Shown piece after piece: positions 18,980 to 28,453 of a stretch of DNA of 64,000 nt. The notes beneath the pieces were generated by a model. It was given only the letters and a program-made list of their open reading frames with translations. It searched no databases and was not told the DNA's origin. The stretch lies in sequence record PP236086.1. One strand, given 5' to 3'. This stretch comes from Enterobacter phage ZX14. The translations under genes and the position numbers were made by a program. Numbering within the stretch: position 1 is the stretch's first letter; every line of letters begins with the position of its first letter.

Positions 18980-21592
18980 ATGGCAGATTTAAAACAAATA
19001 CAATTTAAGCGCTCTAAAACAGCAGGCGCTAAACCAACAACGGCTCAAATCGCTGAAGGCGAACTGGCTATTAACCTGAAAGACCGTACTATTTTTACTA
19101 ATGATGGTTCTCAGATTATAGACCTTGGCTTTGCTAAAGGTGGTCAAATTGATGGTAATGTGACTCAAGTAGGTAATTATACTCAGACCGGTAATTACAC
19201 TACTTCTGGTGATGTCAGTGCTAAAACTATTTTAGCCTCAGCAGGTGTTTCATCAAATGGTGATATTGTTGCTGAAAGGGGTGTAATTCGAACTCGTGCT
19301 GCTGCTTCAGGCAATGCTCATTTATGGTTTGAAGGCGAAGAAGTAACTGGCGAAAACCGTAATAAAGAACGAGGCGTTTTATATGCTACCCAACAAACAG
19401 ATACTGATGGGCGAGTAAACCTTCGAGTTTACAATGGTAAATCCCACGCGGCTAATACAAACAACGCGCTGTTCGTGTTTAATGGTGCCGGGGATTTCGC
19501 GGCTCCTAAAGATTTGTATGGCCAGCGCTCTCGCTTAAGCATTGAGTCTGTAGCCCCGGTAATGAATACAAATCGCCTTTTAACAGCGAATAAACCATTT
19601 GCAAACCAAGTGTATAGCTTTGATGATATAGTCAATTATAAAGCCGGCGAGAATGGCGCTCTTGCGTTAAACTATGTGTACAAAGGCCGGGCGCATCAGG
19701 CTGGCACGATTTGGCATCATTTAATCGACGAACGCGAAGCTCCTGAATGGGCTCTTTATACTGGTTCAGGTCCTGCTAATAAAATGTTTGCTCTTCGTTC
19801 AGTTGGTGTCCGTGGACATGCACAGATTACTGGTAGCTTATTCTTAGGTCCTGGTGGTGGTGGGCTTGGGGTAACGTCTGGGATGGGCGAAGGCTCTTTG
19901 GCATTAGGTGATAATGATACTGGCTTCCGTTCCGATGGCGATGGCGCGTTTAGCATAATGGCCAACTCTCGAGCAGTTATTCATTATAATGCTTCGGCTC
20001 CTAAATTCCAAATTGAGCATAGAAAAGCAACAAGAATCACCCATACTGATAACTCAAATACTACAATTTTACCATCTAATAACACTTCAATTCTTGAAGT
20101 TGATACTTCATTAGATGGTAATAATGTAGGTGGTAATGGATTAACTCTCTTGGGTTACGTGTCTAGTGGAAGATATTACCATTATTTTCGTGGTACTGGT
20201 GGTGCAAACTTCGATATGGATAGTGGGGTTAATATCACTAAAGGCGGATTGACGGTCGTTGGTGGCGCATATATAAATGGCTCTGTTGGTTCAAATGGAC
20301 AGTTTAAAACTTCTGCAAATGACGGTTTAAAAATTTGGAATGGCGATTATGGTATGATACTGCGTCGTTCTGAAAATAATTTTTATCTTATCCCAACCGC
20401 ACAAGGCCAAGCCGAAAATGGTGGTATTAGTAATTTGCGGCCGTTTTATATTGATTGTGCTACCGGAAATTCTACTTTAGGGCATAACGTAACAGTTAAC
20501 GGACAATCTACTTTAAATGGTAATGTTACTTTAGGTTCGGGTCAAATTAACTTGCTTGGGGGTTCAGGTAATATTGGATTTGCAAAAGCAGGTACAAGCC
20601 CATATTCAATGAGAATTTTCTATGCCGGGAATAGTGAACGAGGCAACAGACTAGAAATCGCTGATGATTCGTCTTATTTGATGTATATTGAACGACATCC
20701 ATCTATAGGTATTCAATTAGTTACTAATGGCGGTCATGTTAAAACCGGAGCTGGAAGCGTTTATACTGAAGCTATAGCGTTAAATAGTGGTGCAAGACTT
20801 GTGGCTGATGGAAACATTTATTTACCAAATGCAACTAATGGTTTTTCCACAGGTTGGTTATTAGGCCAAATTAACAGTAGGATAAATGGTGTAAACGACA
20901 ACGCTAATAATAGAGTATCTAAATCTGGCGATACTATGACCGGTACTTTAACTATTAACAATGGGTCAAACACTGGTGTAATGGTTTCTGGTATTACATC
21001 TGGTAGTGATAAAGGGTTAATACGAGGCAACGTTGATGGTGGCGCCCACACCGCCTGGGAAAACCGTTCTTCTGGACTTCAATTGGATTGCCCAAGTTCC
21101 GATGGTAGCGCATATAATGTATGGAAAGCAACAAAATGGGGTGCTTACCATTTTGCAGCAATGGATGTTTATGCTCCTAATGGTAACGGATATGTTCGCT
21201 TAGTTATTCGTAATGGCGGTGCTCACATCTGGAACAACAGTAGTTATACGTCCCCAGTACAGATTAACGCTCCTGAGTTTTATCTGACTTCAGATATTTC
21301 GTTGAAGAAAGATATCCGTTCAATCGAAGATTCTCGTTCTAACTTGCATAAAGTTGAAATTAAACGATATGCAATGAAGGACGGTTCTAATGATAATGCA
21401 ATTGGTGTTATTGCACAAGAAGTTCAAGAAGTTTATCCAGAACTTGTTAATGAAAATAAAGATACCGGTAAATTATCTGTTAACTACCGTGGACTTTCTT
21501 CTGTACTTTGGAAGATTGTTCAGGAACAAGATAAAGAATTGGAAGATGTTAAATCTCGTTTGGCTCGCATCGAAGAGCTTTTGTCTAAATAA
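18980..21592 (+). CDS. 37: long tail fibre distal subunit gp37 with C-terminal intramolecular chaperone
   Basis: 870 aa. The N-terminus MADLKQIQFKRSKTAGAKPT is gp37-like. The C-terminal ~100 aa (from SDISLKKDIRSIED… through IAQEVQEVYPELV…) look like a peptidase-S74 auto-chaperone. Confidence 0.9.
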   Translation: MADLKQIQFKRSKTAGAKPTTAQIAEGELAINLKDRTIFTNDGSQIIDLGFAKGGQIDGNVTQVGNYTQTGNYTTSGDVSAKTILASAGVSSNGDIVAERGVIRTRAAASGNAHLWFEGEEVTGENRNKERGVLYATQQTDTDGRVNLRVYNGKSHAANTNNALFVFNGAGDFAAPKDLYGQRSRLSIESVAPVMNTNRLLTANKPFANQVYSFDDIVNYKAGENGALALNYVYKGRAHQAGTIWHHLIDEREAPEWALYTGSGPANKMFALRSVGVRGHAQITGSLFLGPGGGGLGVTSGMGEGSLALGDNDTGFRSDGDGAFSIMANSRAVIHYNASAPKFQIEHRKATRITHTDNSNTTILPSNNTSILEVDTSLDGNNVGGNGLTLLGYVSSGRYYHYFRGTGGANFDMDSGVNITKGGLTVVGGAYINGSVGSNGQFKTSANDGLKIWNGDYGMILRRSENNFYLIPTAQGQAENGGISNLRPFYIDCATGNSTLGHNVTVNGQSTLNGNVTLGSGQINLLGGSGNIGFAKAGTSPYSMRIFYAGNSERGNRLEIADDSSYLMYIERHPSIGIQLVTNGGHVKTGAGSVYTEAIALNSGARLVADGNIYLPNATNGFSTGWLLGQINSRINGVNDNANNRVSKSGDTMTGTLTINNGSNTGVMVSGITSGSDKGLIRGNVDGGAHTAWENRSSGLQLDCPSSDGSAYNVWKATKWGAYHFAAMDVYAPNGNGYVRLVIRNGGAHIWNNSSYTSPVQINAPEFYLTSDISLKKDIRSIEDSRSNLHKVEIKRYAMKDGSNDNAIGVIAQEVQEVYPELVNENKDTGKLSVNYRGLSSVLWKIVQEQDKELEDVKSRLARIEELLSK

Positions 21593-21596
21593 TTAA

Positions 21597-21610
21597 GGGC
21601 CTTCGGGCCC
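21597..21610 (+). terminator. UUCG hairpin after gene 37 (possible terminator or attenuator)
   Basis: GGGCCTTCGGGCCC, with a T-run a few nt downstream. Overlaps the gp38 translation initiation region. Confidence 0.4.
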
Positions 21611-21623
21611 TATGAGGATTTTT

Positions 21624-22406
21624 ATGGCTATTTCAGGTCCACGAATTGGAAGTTCAGCATTTGCGGAAACTGGTCAAAGAGCAATGTCTGCAGCACGTGT
21701 TGCTGTAAGACTTGTTGCTTCTCCTGGACGTTTATCCGAAATGATCGGTCGATCGGTAGAAGTGACAATTACTTTAGGGGCTAACCATTCTTATGATAGA
21801 AATGACTTAATTAATAAACTTCGTGCTTTAGGTTCTACGCCAGCTGTTGTAGTTGTTTCAGGTGATTTAGTAGCTCAAAGTACAGGGGTTCCTTGCCTTG
21901 AATTTCCATCTAACTTGCCTAATGAATATGTTATTCTCAGAAATAACGCTACAATTTATGGCCGGGGTGGTCAAGGTGGTACAGTTGGTGTTAACGTAGG
22001 CCAAGCCGGTGGTCCTGGTATTTTAAACAGTTTTGGTACTCGTCTTCGTATTGAAAATAATGGAAGCATTTGTGGTGGCGGTGGCGGTGGCGGTGGCGCT
22101 CGCGTAGGTTCGAACTTGACCTCAGGCGGTTCAGGTGGTAGACCATTTGGTCCTGCTGGTCTTGGTACAGGTCGAGATTCAAAAGATGGGTATGCCGCTA
22201 CTCTGGCTGCCCCAGGCGCCCAACCTCCTGACACTCGATATGGTTCTCACGGCGGTGCTGGTGGTAACGTTGGTTCTGCTGGTGCTCCCGGGACTAGAGC
22301 CGGTGACCAAGCAGAAGGTTATGCTGGTGGTGCTGCAGGTGCGGCTCTTTACGGAAGTGCTCCTACTTGGACACGAGTTGGCAATATTTACGGCTCACGT
22401 TTATAA
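21624..22406 (+). CDS. 38: tail fibre adhesin gp38 (T2-type, glycine-rich motifs)
   Basis: Start at MAISGPRIGSSAFAETGQR with a GAGGA Shine-Dalgarno. Matches the T2-type gp38 N-terminus. Has poly-Gly GRMs (CGGGGGGGGGARVG). Confidence 0.8.
   Translation: MAISGPRIGSSAFAETGQRAMSAARVAVRLVASPGRLSEMIGRSVEVTITLGANHSYDRNDLINKLRALGSTPAVVVVSGDLVAQSTGVPCLEFPSNLPNEYVILRNNATIYGRGGQGGTVGVNVGQAGGPGILNSFGTRLRIENNGSICGGGGGGGGARVGSNLTSGGSGGRPFGPAGLGTGRDSKDGYAATLAAPGAQPPDTRYGSHGGAGGNVGSAGAPGTRAGDQAEGYAGGAAGAALYGSAPTWTRVGNIYGSRL
22074..22097 (+). repeat. (GGTGGC)4 tandem hexanucleotide repeat in gp38
   Basis: ggtggcggtggcggtggcggtggc encodes the poly-Gly glycine-rich motif. Confidence 0.85.
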
Positions 22407-22430
22407 ATAAAGTAAACAAAGGAGAAACTT

Positions 22431-23078
22431 ATGGCCATGCCAAGTATTTCCATTGTAGACTTAGTATTTGGCGTGCTTGACCGACTCTTTAAAGATACAA
22501 CGGGTAAAGTTCCTTTTACCCGTATTCTTTCCGTTATACTATTATTTGTTATGGCCGTTATTTGGTACAAAGGCCCTGAGCTAATGACCATTTATAAGGA
22601 ATCTCGTTACGAAATTTATTCTGCTATGCAGCAAAAGATTGGTGACGAAAAGTTTGATAAGACTGTTCGCGAACAAGTCCAAATAGTTCATGTCTCCAGT
22701 GGAGCAGATTTTACAGCAGTATATGCATTTCGACCAGTAAACAAAAACTTTTTTGTTGATATGGTCGCTTATGAAGGCGTTCTACCATCTAGTGTGAACG
22801 AACTTAACTTAGGCGGGTATCCAATTGACAAATCGTCAACTGAATATATTAGACATGTAAATGGAGAATATTTTAGTTCAAATACGGAATCAATCTTCCT
22901 TCCAACCAAAAAGAAAACTGACTTCAACTTCATGTTTTCTTGTCCCTACTTCAATCTGGACAATAATTATGCTGGGAACATCAGTTTGATGTGGTATAAT
23001 GATGTTCCCAGGTATAGTAATGAAAGGTTGCAAGCTATTTGTGCGCCAGCAGCCCGTCTGATAGGTCGTTCACGTTAG
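22431..23078 (+). CDS. t: holin t
   Basis: 215 aa. MAMPSISIVDLVFGVLDRLFKD… plus a single TMD and …CPYFNLDNNYAG… match T4 holin T. Confidence 0.9.
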   Translation: MAMPSISIVDLVFGVLDRLFKDTTGKVPFTRILSVILLFVMAVIWYKGPELMTIYKESRYEIYSAMQQKIGDEKFDKTVREQVQIVHVSSGADFTAVYAFRPVNKNFFVDMVAYEGVLPSSVNELNLGGYPIDKSSTEYIRHVNGEYFSSNTESIFLPTKKKTDFNFMFSCPYFNLDNNYAGNISLMWYNDVPRYSNERLQAICAPAARLIGRSR

Positions 23079-23350
23079 AAATTGGAGGCATACATCATTA
23101 AATAACGGTGTATGTCTTCATACCCTTCGTTGAATTGCTCAATTAACAATTCACGCTCATCTTCAGAAAGTTCACGGAAAAGTTTATTGAAAGATAGATT
23201 AGTGAGCTCACGTCCTGCTTCAGTTCTAATCCCTAACTCATTCAAAAACGCAATGAAGTTATCCTTTTTCCACATTACATCTTCACAATCCGTTTTAATC
23301 AAAATAGAAACAATAGTGGCAATTTCAGAAACAATTTCAAATTTAGTCAT
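23075..23350 (-). CDS. asiA: anti-sigma70 factor AsiA
   Basis: 91 aa. …IATIVSILIK…NFIAFLNELGI…LIEQFNEGYEDIHRYLMMY matches T4 AsiA. Confidence 0.85.
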   Translation of the reverse strand: MTKFEIVSEIATIVSILIKTDCEDVMWKKDNFIAFLNELGIRTEAGRELTNLSFNKLFRELSEDERELLIEQFNEGYEDIHRYLMMYASNF

Positions 23351-23394
23351 TATACATCCTACATCTTAATGGTATGCTTTGTTGGTATGAAAGT

Positions 23395-23424
23395 ATAGTA
23401 TCATGTTACAAGGTAAATGTAAAC
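23395..23424 (-). promoter_or_regulatory. early promoter for asiA
   Basis: GTTTACATTTACCTTGTAACATGATACTAT, 45 nt upstream of the asiA ATG. Confidence 0.55.
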
Positions 23425-23774
23425 CCTGTGCCTTTAGCATACTCTTTAAACTTCTCAACAACGCCGATAATAGATTTCTTATCATGTGCCTTCAGATAAA
23501 CACTACGATTATCTTCGGTGACATCCATATGTGTGGCCAGGAAGTCAGGCCAGGACGCATCGCGTTTGTCGATGTATAATCCAATAAGACCACTTACAAA
23601 ACGTCCCCTGGCTACGCTGTCTTCACAGGACACTTCAGAACGAATGCACAGGTCAAGTTTGTATTCACAAACAATAGCCTTAGAGAGATCAATGAATTCA
23701 CGATAAGCCATAGATTCAGCTTCACGTTGTGAATGAACAACATCATTCCAAGGAGAAAAGTCAAACGCTTTCAT
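23406..23774 (-). CDS. hypothetical protein (arn-locus position)
   Basis: 122-aa ORF between asiA and motA. No motif recognised. Confidence 0.45.
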   Translation of the reverse strand: MKAFDFSPWNDVVHSQREAESMAYREFIDLSKAIVCEYKLDLCIRSEVSCEDSVARGRFVSGLIGLYIDKRDASWPDFLATHMDVTEDNRSVYLKAHDKKSIIGVVEKFKEYAKGTGFTFTL

Positions 23775-24127
23775 TAGAAATATTCCTCGAGTTCATATTC
23801 TTCGATAATTTCGTTTAACTGATTGCCAATATCTTCGAGGTCCGTTGACTCATTGAAGGCGACAATTTGGAAATGGCCGTCATGAAGATATTCAATAGCA
23901 CCGTCATTGATAAAACTAGCATCACTAAGAATTTCAGCAATAGTTTCGTTGACAATATTGCGATGAACTTTCTTTTCAAATTCTTCGACCTTAGCATTCC
24001 ACCAGACGGCGTAAGGGCGAGTTCCTTTATGAGTAATCATGTTCTTTGCCTTTATGCTTTTGTTTACGCTGAGATTCACTGGCGGCGCGCTTCTTATCTT
24101 TATGAGCACCACCTTTGTTGAAATCAT
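23774..24127 (-). CDS. hypothetical protein
   Basis: 117-aa ORF. Start uncertain, with internal Met candidates. Acidic C-terminus. Confidence 0.4.
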   Translation of the reverse strand: MISTKVVLIKIRSAPPVNLSVNKSIKAKNMITHKGTRPYAVWWNAKVEEFEKKVHRNIVNETIAEILSDASFINDGAIEYLHDGHFQIVAFNESTDLEDIGNQLNEIIEEYELEEYF

Positions 24128-24141
24128 GCTTTGCTACTGGA

Positions 24142-24339
24142 TTATTCATAATGCTTGATTACCTCTCTTAAACATCCACCTGTAAGACTAAAACGTTTGG
24201 CTATACCACATTCAATAATATGCTCTGAAAGCATACAAACATCAGTATAACCAAGCTCAACTATGAAGTATTTTATTTTAGCCTTTTCGGAACGATTCAG
24301 GCTATTAAAATAATCGCTTTTGGTATAAATCGCTCTCAT
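24142..24339 (-). CDS. hypothetical protein
   Basis: 65-aa ORF. Confidence 0.35.
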   Translation of the reverse strand: MRAIYTKSDYFNSLNRSEKAKIKYFIVELGYTDVCMLSEHIIECGIAKRFSLTGGCLREVIKHYE

Positions 24340-24743
24340 TAATAAAGGTCCTCACTGAAAAGTTCATCGGCTGGTCCTGATTTAGGACGAACTTTATTAA
24401 TTTGGCCTGCGTGTGTAGCAATAACAAGAGCTTCTTCGCGAGTGAAATACTCACCCCACTGGTCAATAAAACCTTGGTCCTCGCCATGAACATGGTCATT
24501 AACTACTTTATCACGAACCTGGTCAATAACTTCGGCCATATCTTTAGAATAATGCCGTGAACCTGGGATTACAAGATATCCACCGGTCTTAAGTTTAAAA
24601 CGGTTCGCTGCACATACAATTCGACGTTGAAGCAGACGCCCGTCCCACCAATCTGCAACCTTATAACAAATATTCAGACGTTGTTGTTCAGTTTCAATTC
24701 TAGACAAAACAGGTGCCTCTAAAGAAGATTTGTAAGTAGTCAT
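24339..24743 (-). CDS. hypothetical protein
   Basis: 134-aa ORF, coupled to its neighbours. Confidence 0.45.
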   Translation of the reverse strand: MTTYKSSLEAPVLSRIETEQQRLNICYKVADWWDGRLLQRRIVCAANRFKLKTGGYLVIPGSRHYSKDMAEVIDQVRDKVVNDHVHGEDQGFIDQWGEYFTREEALVIATHAGQINKVRPKSGPADELFSEDLY

Positions 24744-25072
24744 TATTTAAACCAACTCTTGATAATATTAACCCAACGAGATTGTTGTGCTTTATTAACG
24801 CCGTACGAACGAATTACAGGCTGAGATTCTTGTAATTCACGATAATCATCTTTAGCAATCTGTACAGCTTGAGGAATAAAGCTAGAGATTGCAGCCATGA
24901 AGTTCGTACGTTCGCCTAGTGGGCAAGAGGTATCACAACGAACAATTTCATAGAGACCTGTCTTAACTTTAACGATAGTACCAAGGTAAGCACCATGGAA
25001 CCATACATCCCAACCTTCTTGAGTTGGTTCAACACAACGACGGAGTTCGTTCAGGATTTCGATCTTGTTCAT
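24743..25072 (-). CDS. hypothetical protein
   Basis: 109-aa ORF. Confidence 0.45.
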   Translation of the reverse strand: MNKIEILNELRRCVEPTQEGWDVWFHGAYLGTIVKVKTGLYEIVRCDTSCPLGERTNFMAAISSFIPQAVQIAKDDYRELQESQPVIRSYGVNKAQQSRWVNIIKSWFK

Positions 25073-25074
25073 AA

Positions 25075-25257
25075 TTAGCCTCTCACCTTTAAAGTCACTG
25101 ATTGAATTTCAATTTCAACATCGTCACGACATTCACGCTCATCACCATAAATCTGGCCAAGACGAACACAAGCATCATATTCATTTTTAGCCGGAATCTG
25201 ATAATCATGTTCAGAACCATTCTTCAAAAACTTAATCAGATACAGATTCCTCATCAT
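25075..25257 (-). CDS. hypothetical protein
   Basis: 60-aa ORF immediately downstream of motA. Confidence 0.35.
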   Translation of the reverse strand: MMRNLYLIKFLKNGSEHDYQIPAKNEYDACVRLGQIYGDERECRDDVEIEIQSVTLKVRG

Positions 25258-25264
25258 ATTTTCC

Positions 25265-25897
25265 TCAAATTGCGTTTACGATTACAGAGATGATATCAGC
25301 AGTTACAGCTGGGAAATCGATGTAAGTGTTTTTGCCACCTACTTTAAACTTAACGTCATAGCCTAAAGAAGTAAAGATTTTAGCATCTTTATCGGACATG
25401 TTGTAACCGAAGATACGAAGTGAACCATCACGACGAATTTCGATTTGACGAATACCGAGAGTACGTTTTACGAACTGAATTTCAAGGTTGCTACGGTTTT
25501 CACGAATTTCTTTAAGGTCGATACGACCATCAAGACCAGCTACAACCAGGTCAGCCAGTTCTTTCATAGTGTCAGTCACACCACGAGCCGAACGAGTCTT
25601 ACGTTTAGTCAACATCTCAGGAGCATTTTCGGATGCAAACAGATCGGCTGCAGCCTGAACGATGTCCATTGCTTCACCAGTAGCGATTAAACCGTCACCT
25701 GATTTTTCAATCAGACCTTTCTTAATCAGAACACCGATGTTGCTGTTCACAGAGCTTGCATTCATGGTTTCAACCAGAGCTTCACGAACTTCGGCAGAAG
25801 TGATGTAGTTTTTCTTAACTACTTGAACCAGGATTGCAGCAGTTTTTTCGTTCAGAACGTCGTTAGAAGCTTTGATGATGTAAGTTACTTTAGACAT
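25265..25897 (-). CDS. motA: middle-promoter transcription activator MotA
   Basis: 210 aa. MSKVTYIIKASNDVLNEKTAAIL…NSNIGVLIKKGLIEKSGDGLI is near-identical to the T4 MotA N-terminal domain. Confidence 0.9.
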   Translation of the reverse strand: MSKVTYIIKASNDVLNEKTAAILVQVVKKNYITSAEVREALVETMNASSVNSNIGVLIKKGLIEKSGDGLIATGEAMDIVQAAADLFASENAPEMLTKRKTRSARGVTDTMKELADLVVAGLDGRIDLKEIRENRSNLEIQFVKRTLGIRQIEIRRDGSLRIFGYNMSDKDAKIFTSLGYDVKFKVGGKNTYIDFPAVTADIISVIVNAI

Positions 25898-25942
25898 TTT
25901 AAATCTCCATTATATTTTGTTCATTTCGTTTGGTATGAGAAG

Positions 25943-25972
25943 ATAATACCATGTTCCTACACCGTTGTAAAC
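25943..25972 (-). promoter_or_regulatory. early promoter for motA
   Basis: GTTTACAACGGTGTAGGAACATGGTATTAT. Confidence 0.55.
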
Positions 25973-25975
25973 ACC

Positions 25976-26632
25976 TTATGCAAACATTTTTCTGCAGAGG
26001 TCCCACTGGATTACTGCATAGTCAAATTTGTAATCTAAAGCCATAAACATTTCAATGAATGTTGATTTATCTGTAACTACTGGATGCTTGTACAGAGCGA
26101 TTGCTTTGCGAGTGGGCTTAGCAACACGTTTCTTTTCACCACCAAAGTTCGGAGAAGAAGGCTTCTTAGAACGAGGCAGTTCACGATTAGTGAAAGCCGC
26201 TACATCAAAGTCAGATTCTTGACGAGTATGACCTGAGTTAATCATCCACTCTTTACGGAAACCAGGACCACCTTGAATGTTTGTGGTAGCACGAGCATGT
26301 GTATCACCGAGCTCGATAGCTTTAGCACGCCATACCTTGTTGTGACCTTCACCTGGGGTTAAAGCGTGAGCCAATTCATGAAGAATTGTTTCTTCAACCT
26401 GAGCAGCGGTCATTGCGAAGAAGAAGTGCGCCTGGATAGCAATTTTCTTTCTCCATGCAGAGCAATAACCGATGTTACGTTTTGAAGTTGATGAAACTAC
26501 ATGGAACGTCCAACCATCAAGCCCATGTTCTTTACACTTGGCTTCGAAGAAACCTTTAGCTGATTCGACTGAATGATACAGGTGACCTTCAGAGTAAAAA
26601 GCTTTAGATAAGATACGTTCGATAAGGTTCAT
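25976..26632 (-). CDS. SprT-like zinc metallopeptidase domain protein
   Basis: 218 aa with HEXXH (ILHELAHAL) and downstream Gly/His in a SprT-like arrangement. Has its own early promoter at 26661-26690. Confidence 0.55.
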   Translation of the reverse strand: MNLIERILSKAFYSEGHLYHSVESAKGFFEAKCKEHGLDGWTFHVVSSTSKRNIGYCSAWRKKIAIQAHFFFAMTAAQVEETILHELAHALTPGEGHNKVWRAKAIELGDTHARATTNIQGGPGFRKEWMINSGHTRQESDFDVAAFTNRELPRSKKPSSPNFGGEKKRVAKPTRKAIALYKHPVVTDKSTFIEMFMALDYKFDYAVIQWDLCRKMFA

Positions 26633-26660
26633 ATTAAATTCTCCATGTTGGTGTAAGAGT

Positions 26661-26690
26661 ATAGTAACCTGTTTTAAAGCAGATGTAAAT
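26661..26690 (-). promoter_or_regulatory. early promoter (ATTTAC -35 variant)
   Basis: ATTTACATCTGCTTTAAAACAGGTTACTAT, upstream of the SprT-like ORF. Confidence 0.45.
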
Positions 26691-26693
26691 ACC

Positions 26694-26723
26694 TAAAACG
26701 CAAAAAGAGACCCGAAGGTCTCT
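26694..26723 (-). terminator. rho-independent terminator downstream of gene 52
   Basis: Minus strand AGAGACCTTCGGGTCTCT followed by TTTTGCGTTTT. Confidence 0.65.
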
Positions 26724-26799
26724 TAAAAGAAGTATTCAATGACTAAGCTTATAATCCATAAGAAGAAAATCATTCCTACAAATAGACCATAAAAAGTCA

Positions 26800-26949
26800 T
26801 CATCTTGCCAAGCTCATCAGATACACGACCAAGCGGGTCACTGCATAAGAAACCAGGGCAGAGCCGCATGCTACTGCCACCGGTTGACCAGCCAGCAAAG
26901 TAAGGCCACCAAACAAGGCGGCGCTGGTAAATCCTACGAATACGCTCAT
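26800..26949 (-). CDS. small hydrophobic protein (49 aa)
   Basis: MSVFVGFTSAALFGGLTLLAGQPVAVACGSALVSYAVTRLVVYLMSLAR. Its ATG overlaps the gene 52 stop (ATGA). Confidence 0.3.
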   Translation of the reverse strand: MSVFVGFTSAALFGGLTLLAGQPVAVACGSALVSYAVTRLVVYLMSLAR

Positions 26950-28310
26950 TTCAATTCCTCTAAGTCTTTAAGATATTCAGTCGTGACATCAGTTGACTTC
27001 CAGTATTCGTGTTCTTCTTTTTTAGCCTTAGCTTCAAGAGCAAGCTTTTTGGCTTCATCAGAAGTCATATGGAAGATGTTCATAGCCACTAATTTTTCGG
27101 CATGGTCGCCATACACTTCAGAAGCAGAAAGTTCTTCGACCAAAGCTTTACGAGTTTTGCCTTGAACAACAACGACGCCATCAATTACATCTTTAATGAA
27201 TCGTGCCTTTGCCAGGGCAAGTTTAAAGGCTTCTTCAGTTTCTTTCAGTTTACCATCAATACGTTTCTGAACATAAACCTTACGAACTTCTACAAAGTCA
27301 CGAATAAGTTCTGAAGCAGTTTCATAAACTTTCAGTTTACCTTTTTCATTCACAACAGTAATGTTCTGGGAACGTCGTTCAATCAGTCCAAAGTCTTTCA
27401 TGATTTTATCATGACGTTCTTCTTCGGTTTCACCAAGATTATATTCTTTACGGAATTTGACTTTGAACCCAAAACCGTTTTCATCACAGGCATCATCCCA
27501 TGTAATGAAACCTTTTTCTTCAAGAGCATCAAGAATTTTTACATATTTTTCACGGTCATATTTGTACGGAACTTCTTCAATAACCATTTGTGTTCTTGAA
27601 GTGAATTTGTACTTACCATGAAGTTCCCAACGGCCATCAACTTCAACCACATCACCTTTGAATTCAGGGAAACTTACTTTCGGCTCAGTAATTTTCTTGC
27701 CTTCCACAGCCTGACGCACTGCTTTCTTGACCGAGGCCATATCATGAGGCAGAATATCAGTAGCATAACCGGTAGCAATGCCCGAAACACCATTGAGAAG
27801 AACCACAGGGATAATAGGCAGATAAAAAGCAGGAGGAATATGTTCTTTATCTTTATGTGCTGGAGCATACTCAGTGTCCTTATAGACATTAAAGAAGTTT
27901 TTGCCTACACGAGCAAAAATATAACGAGAAGCTGCAGCTTCTTGGACCAATCGAGAACCAAAGTTACCCTGACCATCTAAGATTGGATAGTTGTTGTTCC
28001 ATGTGTTCGCCATTAACGCGCCTGCGTCCTGAGCAGAACCTTCACCATGGTGATATCCTAAGTCTGCTACGCCACCTGCAATACTTGCAAGTTTATGGAA
28101 TTTATCACGATTACCACGGCCTAATTCCAGAGCACGAGCAACTACAAATCGTTGAACAGGTTTTAACCCATCAATCATATTTGGGATTGCACGGTTTTCT
28201 ACTGTATACATTGCATAAGCTAAGGCTTCATTGTCAATAATACTTTTCAGACCACGAACTGTAAAAGTATCACCAGCCTGTTTAGCCATCATGTCAAAAA
28301 TATCTGTCAT
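26946..28310 (-). CDS. 52: DNA topoisomerase II medium subunit gp52
   Basis: Start taken at MTDIFD. …LKSIIDNEALAYAMYTVENRAIPNMIDGLKPVQRF… (GyrA-like) matches T4 gp52. The six-frame ORF begins 12 nt earlier at a TTG. Confidence 0.9.
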   Translation of the reverse strand: MTDIFDMMAKQAGDTFTVRGLKSIIDNEALAYAMYTVENRAIPNMIDGLKPVQRFVVARALELGRGNRDKFHKLASIAGGVADLGYHHGEGSAQDAGALMANTWNNNYPILDGQGNFGSRLVQEAAASRYIFARVGKNFFNVYKDTEYAPAHKDKEHIPPAFYLPIIPVVLLNGVSGIATGYATDILPHDMASVKKAVRQAVEGKKITEPKVSFPEFKGDVVEVDGRWELHGKYKFTSRTQMVIEEVPYKYDREKYVKILDALEEKGFITWDDACDENGFGFKVKFRKEYNLGETEEERHDKIMKDFGLIERRSQNITVVNEKGKLKVYETASELIRDFVEVRKVYVQKRIDGKLKETEEAFKLALAKARFIKDVIDGVVVVQGKTRKALVEELSASEVYGDHAEKLVAMNIFHMTSDEAKKLALEAKAKKEEHEYWKSTDVTTEYLKDLEELK

Positions 28311-28315
28311 AATAC

Positions 28316-28453
28316 CTACCAAATTAATGAAGAGAGTTGTACTATAACATCAGAAATGAAAAGCACAATAGATACGAGCCCGTATAGAACTCCATAATAA
28401 AGAACTAATGCCAAAACAGCGGCCACTAGGGCCGCCATAAGAATCTTTTTCAT
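28316..28453 (-). CDS. small membrane protein (45 aa)
   Basis: MKKILMAALVAAVLALVLYYGVLYGLVSIVLFISDVIVQLSSLIW. Its ATG overlaps the TGA of the upstream ORF. Confidence 0.4.
   Translation of the reverse strand: MKKILMAALVAAVLALVLYYGVLYGLVSIVLFISDVIVQLSSLIW

Noticed and set aside
22135-22410. 91-aa plus-strand ORF overlapping the gp38 3' half in another frame
   Set aside because: A frame artefact of the GC-rich Gly-codon repeats. gp38 is well supported.
26661-26690. MotA-box (TGCTTtA) middle promoters
   Set aside because: TGCTTTA occurs inside two early-promoter spacers (26672, 9413), but its spacing to the -10 (8 nt) is wrong for MotA-dependent promoters. None is called.
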